DNA of 64,000 nt from an uncultured Bacillaceae bacterium. GTDB lineage: Bacteria > Pseudomonadota > Alphaproteobacteria > Rhodobacterales > Rhodobacteraceae. Location of the stretch: contig CAVXNU010000011.1 of the NCBI GenBank assembly GCA_963763245.1, positions 157,281 to 221,280 of the forward strand, written 5' to 3'. Made by a program: the position numbers and the translations under genes. A model generated the notes under the pieces. The model was not told the DNA's origin. It was given only the letters and a program-made list of their open reading frames with translations, and did no database searches. Positions 1-9,424 of this stretch are shown here, in pieces (positions within the stretch are counted from its first letter, which is position 1; every line of letters begins with the position of its first letter).

Positions 1-183
1 TGCCTGCGCACCAGCTCGATGCCGATCCCCAGCCGATCGAAGATGTCGTCCAGCGCCTGGTCGATCGCGAGCAGGTAATAGGCCACGTTCATGTGGCCGT
101 TGTAGTCGATCCATTCGGGCAGCACGCGCCGCGTCGGACGAGCGCAAGGGCCTGGCCTCGAAGGTCTCGGTGCTCGCGTCCAT
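1..183 (-). CDS. Thioesterase (HotDog/4HBT-like) family protein, runs off the window edge; apparent 1-nt frameshift near 135
   Basis: Manual translation of the minus strand gives VLPEWIDYNGHMNVAYY, the thioesterase motif; ATG at 183 is in a different frame. Confidence 0.75.
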   Translation of the reverse strand, partial: MDASTETFEARPLRSSDAARAARMDRLQRPHERGLLPARDRPGAGRHLRSAGDRHRAGAQA

Positions 184-265
184 GCCGTCTCCCGCGTTGT
201 TGCGCGCCACCCTAGGTCGGCTATTGTCCTGCGCAAGACCATAATGGGCGGAAGGAAGCGCGGGC

Positions 266-1642
266 ATGAGCATCGATGTCGCGATCGCGGCACTGGCGCC
301 GCATTTCGGCGAGCGGCTGAGCCGGGCGGACGCGGTCCGCGATCAGCACGCCCGCGACGAATCCTGGCACGCGCCGCATCTGCCCGACGCCGTCATCTGG
401 CCGCGCTCGACCGAGGAGGTTGCGCTGGTGGCGCGCACCTGCAACGAGCATGGCTGCCCGGTCGTCGGCTGGGGCGCCGGCACCTCGCTCGAGGGCCACG
501 CCATCCCCGTGCGGGGCGGCATCAGCCTGGATTTCGCCCAGATGGACAAGGTGCTGGCGGTCCACGCCGAGGACCTCGACGTCGTCGTCCAGCCCGGCAT
601 CACCCGCAAGCGCCTGAACGAGGAGCTGCGCCACACGGGCCTGTTCTTCCCCATCGACCCCGGCGCCGATGCCAGCATCGGCGGCATGACCGCGACGCGC
701 GCCTCGGGCACCTGCGCGGTGCGCTATGGCACGATGCGCGAATCCGTCCTGGCGCTCGAGGTGGTGCTGGCGGACGGCCGCGTGATCCGCACAGGGACCC
801 GGGCCAAGAAGTCCTCGGCCGGCTATGACCTGACGCGCCTCTTCGTGGGCTCCGAGGGCACGCTCGGCCTGATCACCGAGATCACGCTGCGCCTCTACGG
901 CCAGCCCGAGGCCGTCTCGGCGGCGATCTGCACGTTCCCCGGCACAACCGACGCCGTCGACACGGTCATCCAGACGATCCAGATGGGCGTGCCGGTCGCC
1001 CGGATGGAGTTCATCGACGCCGCCTCGATCCGGGCGGTGAACCGCTACTCGAACTACGCCATGGCCGAGCAGCCGACGCTGTTCATGGAGTTTCACGGCA
1101 CGCCCGCCGGCGTCGCCGAGCAGGCCGAGACGGTCGGCGAGATCGCCGCCGCGAACAACGGCTCGGCTTTCGAGTGGACGACCAAGCCCGAGGAGCGCAA
1201 CCGCCTCTGGGCCGCCCGGCACAACTACTACTATGCGCTCAAGGCGATGCTGCCCGGCAAGCGCGGCTTCGCGACCGACGCCTGCGTGCCGATCTCGCGC
1301 CTGGCCGAGTGCATCGACGAAACCGAGCAGGACCTTGCGAGCGCCGCGATCTTCTTCGCCATCGTCGGCCATGTCGGCGACGGCAACTTCCATGTCAGCC
1401 TGATGATCGACCCCGAGGACAGGGCCGAGATCGACGAGGCCATGCGGCTCGCCGACCGATTGACCGAGCGCACGCTGCGCCTCGGCGGCACCGTCTCTGG
1501 CGAGCACGGCGTCGGCATCGGCAAGAAGAAGTTCATGGCGCGCGAGCACGGGCAAGACGCCTGGGAGCTGATGGCGGCGATCAAGCGCACCTTCGACCCG
1601 GCCGGCATCCTGAACCCGGGCAAGATGCTGCCAGGGAACTGA
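266..1642 (+). CDS. FAD-linked oxidase / D-lactate dehydrogenase (cytochrome), GlcD/Dld family
   Basis: GAGTSLEG FAD loop, PIDPGADASIGGM, GYDLTRLFVGSEGTLG, GHVGDGNFH, SGEHGVG, DPAGILNPGK. Confidence 0.92.
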   Translation: MSIDVAIAALAPHFGERLSRADAVRDQHARDESWHAPHLPDAVIWPRSTEEVALVARTCNEHGCPVVGWGAGTSLEGHAIPVRGGISLDFAQMDKVLAVHAEDLDVVVQPGITRKRLNEELRHTGLFFPIDPGADASIGGMTATRASGTCAVRYGTMRESVLALEVVLADGRVIRTGTRAKKSSAGYDLTRLFVGSEGTLGLITEITLRLYGQPEAVSAAICTFPGTTDAVDTVIQTIQMGVPVARMEFIDAASIRAVNRYSNYAMAEQPTLFMEFHGTPAGVAEQAETVGEIAAANNGSAFEWTTKPEERNRLWAARHNYYYALKAMLPGKRGFATDACVPISRLAECIDETEQDLASAAIFFAIVGHVGDGNFHVSLMIDPEDRAEIDEAMRLADRLTERTLRLGGTVSGEHGVGIGKKKFMAREHGQDAWELMAAIKRTFDPAGILNPGKMLPGN

Positions 1643-1651
1643 GGTGCGGCC

Positions 1652-2242
1652 GTGGAGCTCTTGCGCGAGATCGCAATCGAGACGCCGGACGGGCAGTCGC
1701 GCATCTCGCTCTGGCACGGCGATCTGACGCGCCTGCCGCCGGAGCTGGCCGTCGACCTGCTGCTGGTCTCGGCTTTCCCAAACAACTATGCGCCGCGGCA
1801 GGGCACGCTGATCGGCGCGCTCGACCGCGCCGGGCTGTCCGTTGAACGGCTGGCGCAGGACAAGGCGGCCGATCTGCGCAAGACGTCCGGGTTCTGGATG
1901 TCGAAGCCGCTGGGCGATGCGAAGCTGAACATCGGGCGGGTGCTCTGCTTCGAGCACGCGCCGCTCGGCACCCCGGCCGGACTCGCCGGAGAGATCTTCC
2001 GCAACCTCGGCCCCTTCCTGCCGGAGAGCGGCGCGCGGATCGCCACGGCGCCGCTCGCCGCCGGCAACCAGGGCTGGCCGCCCGAGATTGTGCTGCCGGC
2101 GCTGGTGGGCGCGGCCTCGGAGTGGATGCGTCGCGGGCTGGAGATCCGCGACTTGATGATCGTCGAGATCGACCGCGCCCGGGCAGAGGCATGCGCGCGG
2201 ATCATTGACGGCCTGGCGCCGGCCATTGCCGGTCAGCCATGA
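1652..2242 (+). CDS. Macro domain-like protein; probably the N-terminal part of a Macro-CsbD-TIR fusion split by a frameshift
   Basis: ISLWHGDLT, VDLLLVSAF and IATAPLAAGNQG resemble macrodomain elements (GDIT, D-x-hh-N/S-A, A-h-P-h-h-G-x-G); GTG start after GAGGT. Confidence 0.65.
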   Translation: MELLREIAIETPDGQSRISLWHGDLTRLPPELAVDLLLVSAFPNNYAPRQGTLIGALDRAGLSVERLAQDKAADLRKTSGFWMSKPLGDAKLNIGRVLCFEHAPLGTPAGLAGEIFRNLGPFLPESGARIATAPLAAGNQGWPPEIVLPALVGAASEWMRRGLEIRDLMIVEIDRARAEACARIIDGLAPAIAGQP

Positions 2243-3023
2243 CCCGTTCGGACCCGCCGGACAGGGCGCCGATGATTTCGACGAACTGCTCGGGGATGAG
2301 TTCGGCGCGCCCTCGCCCGCCCCGCCCCGAAGCGCCCCGCCCCGGAGCGCTCCGACAGGCCCGCCGGGAAAGGACGCCGGCGCAAGCTGGGAACGTCTGA
2401 GCGGTCAGTGGAAGCGGCTCCGCGGCGACGTCTACAAGCGGTGGGGCAAGCTGACGCAGGACGATCTCGACCGCATCGAGGGCGGGAGCGACCAGCTCGC
2501 CGGAAAAATCCAGGAGCGCTATGGCGTCGAAAAGGAAGAAGCGCGCCGCCAGATCGAAGACTGGGCGCGCAGGCCCGAGGCGGATGGCAAGCGGCCCTAT
2601 GATGTTTTCATCAGCTACACGTCAAACGACAGGCAGGCGGCCGAGGCGCTGGCGGCCGCCGTTCGCGAGGCCTGGCCGGAGGCGCGGCTCTTCGACTACC
2701 GCCACGAAATCGACCAGAGCCTTTTCTGGCAGCGCGAGATCGACGCCGCTATCGAGAACTGCGAGCGGATCGTCGCCGTTCTGAGCCCCGAATACTTCGC
2801 CTCGCCGGAATGCACCGAGGAGATCATGATCGCCCGGCTGCGCAACAAGCGCGCCGGCGGCGGCGTGCTGCTGCCCGTCTACTGGCGCAGCCTGCCGGGC
2901 GATCTTGCGCTCTGGTTGCAGATCATCAACTATGCCGACTGTCGCGAGAGCGACGCCGCGCTGCTGCGGACCTTTGCCGGCAAGCTTCGAGCCCGTGGAT
3001 TCGAGCCGAACGCTGCGGTCTGA
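2205..3023 (+). CDS. CsbD/YjbJ-like domain fused to a TIR domain
   Basis: WERLSGQWK..WGKLTQDDLDRIEG..LAGKIQERYG..EEARRQIEDW (CsbD), then YDVFISY..IVAVLSPEYFASPECTEEI (TIR); no in-frame ATG precedes these domains. Confidence 0.8.
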   Translation: MTAWRRPLPVSHDPFGPAGQGADDFDELLGDEFGAPSPAPPRSAPPRSAPTGPPGKDAGASWERLSGQWKRLRGDVYKRWGKLTQDDLDRIEGGSDQLAGKIQERYGVEKEEARRQIEDWARRPEADGKRPYDVFISYTSNDRQAAEALAAAVREAWPEARLFDYRHEIDQSLFWQREIDAAIENCERIVAVLSPEYFASPECTEEIMIARLRNKRAGGGVLLPVYWRSLPGDLALWLQIINYADCRESDAALLRTFAGKLRARGFEPNAAV

Positions 3024-3346
3024 CCGTAGCTGATAGTCCAGATGTCAGCGTTTCCAGTTTGTCGGCGCGTTATCCTGTCGGCCCGAGCCAGCGACCTCCA
3101 GACAAGGCGGCCCATATTCGTAAGAAGAGCCTCTCGGCAACCTGGCATGTGGTGAGTCTCGACCAGATCGACTTCAGCAGCCAGCCGGTCCATAGTCGAA
3201 AATCCCGGGCCTTGTTGCAAAGCGTCACAAAGCGTGACTTGAGCATCAGACCGAGCGCCCATAGGAACGTGTTTCATAGGCCGGCGATCCGGCGCCTTTG
3301 CGCCTGGCCGTCAGAGCAAGAAACAGAGCAGGCGCGGGACAGAACA

Positions 3347-4288
3347 ATGAACACTTCGGCAGTGACGCGGACGGTGCGATCAGGCGTCGTCTTCAACGGG
3401 GTCGGATTGCATGGCGGGCAGGCGGTCACGATGCAGGTCGGGCCGGCGCCCGCCGGCCATGGCATCCTGTTCCGCCGCACGGATCTGGCGCTCGGCACGG
3501 GCGACATCCCGGCGCGCTGGGACCATGTCGTCGACACGCGGCTTTGCACGCGGCTGGGCAACGAGCACGGGGCCTCGGTCGGCACGGTCGAGCATCTCAT
3601 GGCCGCGCTCGCCGGCTGCGGCATCACCGACGCGCTGATCTCGTTGGCCGGCCCCGAGGTGCCGATCATGGACGGCTCGGCCGCGCCCTTCGTCGCCGCG
3701 CTGCTGCGCACCGGCCTGGTCGAGACCGGGCGGCCCGGCCGCGCCATCCGCATCCGCGAGAAGGTGGTCGTCGAACAGGACGGCAAGCGCGCCGAGCTCC
3801 TGCCCGCCAACCGGTTCGAGATGGCGTTCGGCATCGACTTCGCCGACCCGGCGATCGGCGTCCAGTCGCACGCGATGGCGTTGGTCGACGGCGCCTTCGT
3901 GAACGAGCTCGGCGACTGCCGCACCTTCGGCCATCTGGGCGAGGTCGAGCAGCTGCGCGCCATGGGCCTCGCGCGCGGCGGCAGCCTGCAGAACGCCATC
4001 GTCGTCGATCGCGGCCGGGTGCTGAACCCCGAAGGCCTGCGCCGGCCGGACGAATTCGTGCGCCACAAGATGCTGGACGCCGTCGGCGACCTGGCGCTGG
4101 CCGGTGCGCCGATCGTCGGGCGCTATGTCGCGTTCCGCGGCGGCCACGAGATGACCAACCGGCTGCTCCGCGCGCTCTTTGCGCGGCCGGAGGCGTGGAG
4201 CTGGATCAATCTGCGGCCCGGCCAGTGGATGGGCGGCGTCACGGCTGCGCCGGCCACCCAGCCCGAGATCGACGCCGTCGCCGTTTGA
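3347..4288 (+). CDS. lpxC: UDP-3-O-acyl-N-acetylglucosamine deacetylase
   Basis: GVGLHGG, TVEHLMAAL, EVPIMDGSA, RTFG, EFVRHKMLDAVGDL. Confidence 0.97.
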   Translation: MNTSAVTRTVRSGVVFNGVGLHGGQAVTMQVGPAPAGHGILFRRTDLALGTGDIPARWDHVVDTRLCTRLGNEHGASVGTVEHLMAALAGCGITDALISLAGPEVPIMDGSAAPFVAALLRTGLVETGRPGRAIRIREKVVVEQDGKRAELLPANRFEMAFGIDFADPAIGVQSHAMALVDGAFVNELGDCRTFGHLGEVEQLRAMGLARGGSLQNAIVVDRGRVLNPEGLRRPDEFVRHKMLDAVGDLALAGAPIVGRYVAFRGGHEMTNRLLRALFARPEAWSWINLRPGQWMGGVTAAPATQPEIDAVAV

Positions 4289-4398
4289 GGCGGTCCGCGA
4301 CGATCGGGGCGGCGCTTTCGTTGGTGCGCCGCCCCTTTTCCTGTGCCGTGCCCGGCTATATGGTCCGGCCCGTGCCGAGCGGGTCGGAAGGGACAGGG

Positions 4399-5235
4399 AT
4401 GCGGGTCAAACTGGCAGGAGCGCTCGTCGTGCTGTCGCTGCTTGGCGGATGCGAGACGACCAGCGGCTGGTTCGCCAAGAAGAAGGATCCGTTCGAGGAT
4501 CGCTCGGCGCGCGAGATCTACGACATGGCCGAGCAGCAGATGGCCGAACGCAACTACGAGGAAGCGTCCAAGACGTTTGATGAGGTCGAGCGCCTCTACC
4601 CTTTCTCGCAGCTCGCCAAGCGCGCCACGATCATGTCGGCCTTCTCCAGCTACGAGGGCGGCAACATGCCGGCCGCGCGGACCGCGGCGAACCGCTATCT
4701 CGACCTCTACCCGTCCGACACGGACGCGCCCTACGCCCAGTACCTGATCGCCCTGACGTACTACGACAACATCGTCGATGTCGGGCGTGACCAGTCGGGA
4801 ACCCAGAAGGCGCTGCAGGAGCTGACCGAGCTCGTCCGCCGCTATCCCAATTCGGAATTCGCCCGCGACGCGGCGCTGAAGATCGACCTGACCAACAACC
4901 ACCTGGCCGGCAAGGAGATGGAGATCGGCCGATACTATCTCAAGCAGGGCCAGTACATGGCCGCCATCAACCGCTTCCGGGTGGTGATCGAGAAATACCA
5001 GACCACCGCCCACACGCCCGAGGCGCTGCACCGGCTGGTCGAATCCTATTTGGCGCTCGGCCTGAACCAGGAGGCCCAGGTGACCGCGGCGGTGCTGGGC
5101 GAGAACTTCGTAGGCTCCGACTGGTACGCCGCGAGCTATGCGCTCCTGACCGACCGCGATCTGCGGCCGGCAACCCGCAACGACAGCTTCTGGGACCGAG
5201 TCTACCGCCGCGTGATACTCGGCGAATGGCTCTGA
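4399..5235 (+). CDS. bamD: Outer membrane protein assembly factor BamD (lipoprotein)
   Basis: Lipobox LGGC, TPR helices, HLAGKEMEIGRYY, AAINRF, PEALHRLVESY; lpxC-bamD-recN synteny. Confidence 0.95.
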   Translation: MRVKLAGALVVLSLLGGCETTSGWFAKKKDPFEDRSAREIYDMAEQQMAERNYEEASKTFDEVERLYPFSQLAKRATIMSAFSSYEGGNMPAARTAANRYLDLYPSDTDAPYAQYLIALTYYDNIVDVGRDQSGTQKALQELTELVRRYPNSEFARDAALKIDLTNNHLAGKEMEIGRYYLKQGQYMAAINRFRVVIEKYQTTAHTPEALHRLVESYLALGLNQEAQVTAAVLGENFVGSDWYAASYALLTDRDLRPATRNDSFWDRVYRRVILGEWL

Positions 5236-5293
5236 CCCCGGCGCCAAGGCACCACCCCGCCATGCATCCCAGGTGCACCGCCGGCCACGCGCG

Positions 5294-5330
5294 CCCCCTT
5301 CCCCCGCCCGGGGGAGGGTCAGGCAGGGGA
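5294..5330. repeat. GC-rich palindromic intergenic element (REP-like, CCCT(T)CCCCC-Nx-GGGGAGGG)
   Basis: Same pattern as the copies at 20501 and 20577. Confidence 0.5.
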
Positions 5331-5388
5331 CGCGCCGCCGGCGCCGTGCCCCGCCGTTTCCACCCCTAGCCGCGCCGCCGGCGCCCGC

Positions 5389-7056
5389 ATGCTGCGAAGC
5401 CTCTCGATCCGCGACATCGTCCTGATCGAGGCCTTGGAGCTGGACTTCAGCCCCGGCCTGACGGTGCTGACGGGCGAGACCGGCGCCGGCAAGTCGATCC
5501 TGCTTGACGCGCTCGGCTTCGCGCTCGGCCGCCGGCCCGGCCGCGATCTGGTGCGCGCCGGCCGGCCCGAGGGCACCGTGACCGCCGCCTTCGAGCTCGG
5601 CCGCACGCATCCCTTGGCCGCGGTGCTAGACGAGCTCGGCCTGCCCGGCGGCGCCGAGCTGATCCTGCGCCGCATCGCCTCGGCGGACGGTCCCAGCCGC
5701 GCCTTCGTCAACGACCAGCGCGCCAGCGCCGAGACTCTGGCCCGCATCGCCGCGCTGCTCGTCGAGGTGCACGGCCAGCATGACGACCGGAGCCTCCTCG
5801 ACCCGCGCGCGCACCGGCCGCTGCTCGACGCCTTCGGCGGGCTCGAGGCCCAGGTCTCGGACCTGCGCGCGCTCTGGGCCGCGCGGCAGGCCGCGGCGCG
5901 GCGGCTCGTCGACGCCGAGGCCGCCCGCGCCAAAGCCGAGGCCGAGGCCGACTTCCTGCGTCACAGCACTGCCGAGCTCGAGCGGCTGGCGCCCGAGCCT
6001 GGCGAGGATGCGGCGCTCGGCGCCGAACGCCGGCTGATCAAGCAGGCGGCCGGCCTCGCCGAAGAGGTCGTGCGCGCCACGGCCCTCCTGTCCGAGGGCG
6101 CGAGCGGTGCCCTCGCCGACGCGCTGCAGCGGCTGACCCGCATCGCCGATCGCGCGTCGGGCGAGATCGTCGGCCGGCTGGAAGCCTCGATCACCGCGAT
6201 CGATCGCACCATGGTCGAGCTCGCGGCGGCCGAAGACGGCCTCGCCGAGCTGCGCGACGCGCTCAGCTTCGATCCCGGCCGGCTCGAACAGGTCGAGGAG
6301 CGGCTCTTCGCCATCCGCGGGCTCGCGCGCAAGCACGCCGTGCAGCCCGACGAGCTGGCGGCGCTCGCCGAGGATTTCTCCCGCCGGCTGGCCGAGCTCG
6401 ACGCCTCTGACGCGCGGATCGCCGCGCTCGAAGCCGAGGCGCAGACCGCCGGCCGCGCCTACCAGGCGGCCGCGGCGGCGCTCTGCGCCGCCCGGCGCCA
6501 GGCGGCCGCGGCGCTCGACGCCGCGGTCACCGCCGAGCTCGGGCCGTTGCGGATGGAGGCAGCGCGCTTTCTGACCGAGATCTCTCCGGGCGAGCCGGGC
6601 CCGGAGGGCGCCGACCAGGTGCGCTTCACGGCGGCCATCAACCCCGGGACTCCGGCGGGCCCGATCGACCGCATCGCCTCGGGTGGCGAGCTCTCGCGGT
6701 TCCTTCTCGCGCTCAAGGTGCGGCTCGCCGGCCGCGCCGAAGGGCTGACGCTGATCTTCGACGAGATCGACCGTGGCGTCGGCGGCGCCACGGCCGACGC
6801 GGTCGGCCGCCGCCTCGTCCGGCTGGCGCGCGCCGGTCAGGTCCTGGTGGTGACGCACAGCCCGCAGGTCGCCGCCCTTGGCGACCATCATCTACGCATC
6901 GCCAAGACCGGCGACGCCCAGACCACGCGCACCGAGGTGACCGCGCTCGACGCCGCCGCGCGCAAGGACGAGATCGCCCGGATGCTGGCCGGTGGCCGGG
7001 TGACGGATGCCGCCCGCTCGGCGGCCGCCGCGCTGATGGCCGAGGGCCAGGGCTGA
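5389..7056 (+). CDS. recN: DNA repair protein RecN
   Basis: Walker A TGETGAGKS, EVHGQHD, ASGGELSRFLLALK, LIFDEIDRGVGG, VTHSPQVA. Confidence 0.97.
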   Translation: MLRSLSIRDIVLIEALELDFSPGLTVLTGETGAGKSILLDALGFALGRRPGRDLVRAGRPEGTVTAAFELGRTHPLAAVLDELGLPGGAELILRRIASADGPSRAFVNDQRASAETLARIAALLVEVHGQHDDRSLLDPRAHRPLLDAFGGLEAQVSDLRALWAARQAAARRLVDAEAARAKAEAEADFLRHSTAELERLAPEPGEDAALGAERRLIKQAAGLAEEVVRATALLSEGASGALADALQRLTRIADRASGEIVGRLEASITAIDRTMVELAAAEDGLAELRDALSFDPGRLEQVEERLFAIRGLARKHAVQPDELAALAEDFSRRLAELDASDARIAALEAEAQTAGRAYQAAAAALCAARRQAAAALDAAVTAELGPLRMEAARFLTEISPGEPGPEGADQVRFTAAINPGTPAGPIDRIASGGELSRFLLALKVRLAGRAEGLTLIFDEIDRGVGGATADAVGRRLVRLARAGQVLVVTHSPQVAALGDHHLRIAKTGDAQTTRTEVTALDAAARKDEIARMLAGGRVTDAARSAAAALMAEGQG

Positions 7057-7245
7057 CGCACGGCTGGCCGCGTAAAACGGCGCACTGCAACTTATAAGCG
7101 ACAGCACCGCCAAAAATGCGCGCCAAGGTGACAGCTTGCCACGAAATAGTACCTTCCCGCACAGAAATATGACGGAACGATAATGGACTTTAAGGAACTT
7201 TGGGCCCACCTTGGCGGTTAGTGGTAACGAGGCAGGCCACAGGAC

Positions 7246-7461
7246 ATGGGTAGCAAAGAACGTCAATTAGTCGCGCGGCTTTCCGAAGAAGAGCAGCAAT
7301 CGTTGCGTAAGCTGTGCCGGTGCTGTTGTAAAGAACAGCGGATTCCGGACGAGCACGCCGAGAAGCTGCTGATCCTCGGCTTGGCCGAAATGACATGCGG
7401 CGGTATCGGACCGACGAGTTCGGGCCGGCACGCGGCGGCCTCGCTCAAATCGCCGGCCTAA
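7246..7461 (+). CDS. Small hypothetical protein (71 aa) with CRCCC cluster
   Basis: AGGA RBS directly before ATG, AT-richer promoter-like region upstream, fills an intergenic gap. Confidence 0.55.
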   Translation: MGSKERQLVARLSEEEQQSLRKLCRCCCKEQRIPDEHAEKLLILGLAEMTCGGIGPTSSGRHAAASLKSPA

Positions 7462-7507
7462 GGGCCGCGGCAGAGCAGAGCGCACGACGGATGCGGGACT
7501 GTCTGGA

Positions 7508-8800
7508 TTAAAGGCGGTCACGCAGCCCGTACCAGAACAGCGCAAGCCGCAGCAGCGGCATGCGAAACCAGTCGCCGCCGGGGAAGGCCGGCGTCGGCAT
7601 CCGCGCAAGCACGTCCCAGTCGCCCGTCTCGCCGCCGATCGCCTCGGCGGCGATCCGGCCGCCCATGGTCGCCATGTGGATGCCCGAGCCCGACCAGCCG
7701 CCGATCGCCCGGATCCCGCGGCCGATCTCGTGGAACAACGCGAACCGCGTCGCCGTGATCGCCAGCGTGCCGCCCCAGGCATGCGTCACCGCCAGGTCGC
7801 TCAGCTCGGGATAGATCTCCAGCATCCGCGCCCGAACCATGCCGCCGATGTCGGCGGGAAAGCGCCGACCGCTCCCTTCACCGCCGCCCCAGAGAAGGCG
7901 CCGGTCGGGCGTCAGCCGGTAATAATTCAGCACGAAACGGGTGTCGGCGACGCAGAGATTGTCGCGGTTGACCTGGCGCGCCCGATTCTCGCCCAAGGGC
8001 TCGGTCGCGAGAATGAAGTTGTTGATTGGCAGCATCCGGCGCGAGGCCGCCGGCGCCAGCCCGTCAATATAGCCGTTGCAGGCCACCAGGATGTGCTCGG
8101 CGCGCACGCTGCCGCCCTTGGTCGTCACCTGCCCCGGCGCGACGGCCAGCGCCTGCGTGCCCTCGTGGATGGTGGCGCCCGCCCCGACCGCCGCCCGGGC
8201 GAGGCCGAAGGCCAGCTTTAGCGGATGCAGGTGCCCGCTCATTCGGTCGACGAAGCCGCCATGATAGCGCTGGGTGCCGATCAGCGCCGCCACGCCGGCG
8301 CGGTCCAGCACCTCGACGTCGTGCGCGTACGTCCGGGCGACATGCGCGGCGTAGGCGCTCATGTCGTCGAGGTCGGCGCGCCGCCAGGCCGCTTCCAGAT
8401 AGCCGTCGGCCAGGTCGCAGTCGATGCCATGCCGCTCGATCAGCTCGCGCACCAGTCGGTTGGCCGCGAGCGAGATTTCCCAGACCTTGCGCGCGTCGTC
8501 GCGCCCGACCATGGCCTCGTATTTGCGGATGTCGGCGCGCGGCCCGACCCCGAGCTGCCCGCCGTTCCGCCCCGAGGCGCCCCAGCCGATCCGGTTGGCT
8601 TCGAGCAGCACGACCCGCCGCCCCGCCTCGGCCAGGTGCAGCGCGGCGCTCAGGCCCGCATAGCCGGCGCCCACGATGCAGACGTCCGTCCGCACCTCGC
8701 CCCGCAAGGGCGGATGGTCGGGCAGCAGCCCCGCCGTCTCGGCATACCAGCTGCGCGCGTGCTCGCCCGGCCGCTCGTTGGCCGTCAGATAGCCTGTCAT
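7508..8800 (-). CDS. FAD-dependent oxidoreductase, gamma-glutamylputrescine oxidase (PuuB-like)
   Basis: DVCIVGAGYAGL, GASGRNGGQ, GHLHPLKL, SGSGIHMAT; polyamine gene context. Confidence 0.88.
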   Translation of the reverse strand: MTGYLTANERPGEHARSWYAETAGLLPDHPPLRGEVRTDVCIVGAGYAGLSAALHLAEAGRRVVLLEANRIGWGASGRNGGQLGVGPRADIRKYEAMVGRDDARKVWEISLAANRLVRELIERHGIDCDLADGYLEAAWRRADLDDMSAYAAHVARTYAHDVEVLDRAGVAALIGTQRYHGGFVDRMSGHLHPLKLAFGLARAAVGAGATIHEGTQALAVAPGQVTTKGGSVRAEHILVACNGYIDGLAPAASRRMLPINNFILATEPLGENRARQVNRDNLCVADTRFVLNYYRLTPDRRLLWGGGEGSGRRFPADIGGMVRARMLEIYPELSDLAVTHAWGGTLAITATRFALFHEIGRGIRAIGGWSGSGIHMATMGGRIAAEAIGGETGDWDVLARMPTPAFPGGDWFRMPLLRLALFWYGLRDRL

Positions 8801-9294
8801 CCGAGCGCCGCGAAGGCAGGCGGATAGCGGATCTCGCCGCCATCGGCCAAGGCCTCGGCCAGGGCGCCGGGGCGCAGCTCGCGCGCCATCATGAACTCGG
8901 GCGGATAGGGGCTGACGAAAGGCCGCGCGGCCTCGACCGAAAAGTCGAAGCGCCTGTAGTAGAGGGGCTCGCCCAGGACGAAGATGGCCGCATGCCCGGC
9001 CCGCCGGCCCCAGGCGACGCTCGCGCCGATCAGCGCCTTGCCCAGCCCCTGGTCGCGCCGGTCGGCAGCGACCGCGATCGGGCCGAGCGCCAGCGAGCCC
9101 TCGGGCGCGGCGAGGTGCGAGAGCACGGCCACTGCCGCAACCTCGTCGTCCGCTCCGTTGACGAGCGCCACCGCCAGTTCGTCGCTGCCCCACAGCCCGC
9201 GGACCAGCCGCGCCTCGTCAGGCTGTCCGAAGACCTCCTCGAGCAGTGCCGCTATGGCATCGAGATCGTCATCTCGTGCATGACGGATCGTCAC
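8797..9294 (-). CDS. GNAT family N-acetyltransferase (YhbS-like)
   Basis: LALGPIAV..RDQGLGKALI, FVLGEPLYYRRFDF, YPPAF; GTG start overlapping downstream gene. Confidence 0.85.
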   Translation of the reverse strand: MTIRHARDDDLDAIAALLEEVFGQPDEARLVRGLWGSDELAVALVNGADDEVAAVAVLSHLAAPEGSLALGPIAVAADRRDQGLGKALIGASVAWGRRAGHAAIFVLGEPLYYRRFDFSVEAARPFVSPYPPEFMMARELRPGALAEALADGGEIRYPPAFAALG

Positions 9295-9330
9295 CGCGTC
9301 CTCGGACGGAGTCCGGCGGAGGTGCGCGCG

Positions 9331-9354
9331 GTCATTCCGGCGCAGGCGGGGATC
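9331..9354. repeat. Single REP-like palindrome GTCATTCCGGCGCAGGCGGGGATC
   Basis: Matches the common alphaproteobacterial GTCAT(T/C)CC..G(A)ATC intergenic palindrome pattern. Confidence 0.55.
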
Positions 9355-9424
9355 ACGAGTTGGCTGGGCGGTGTGCGATCTCGCGGGCACGGGTCGGTGC
9401 CGCGGGCACGATCGCTTCGACGCA

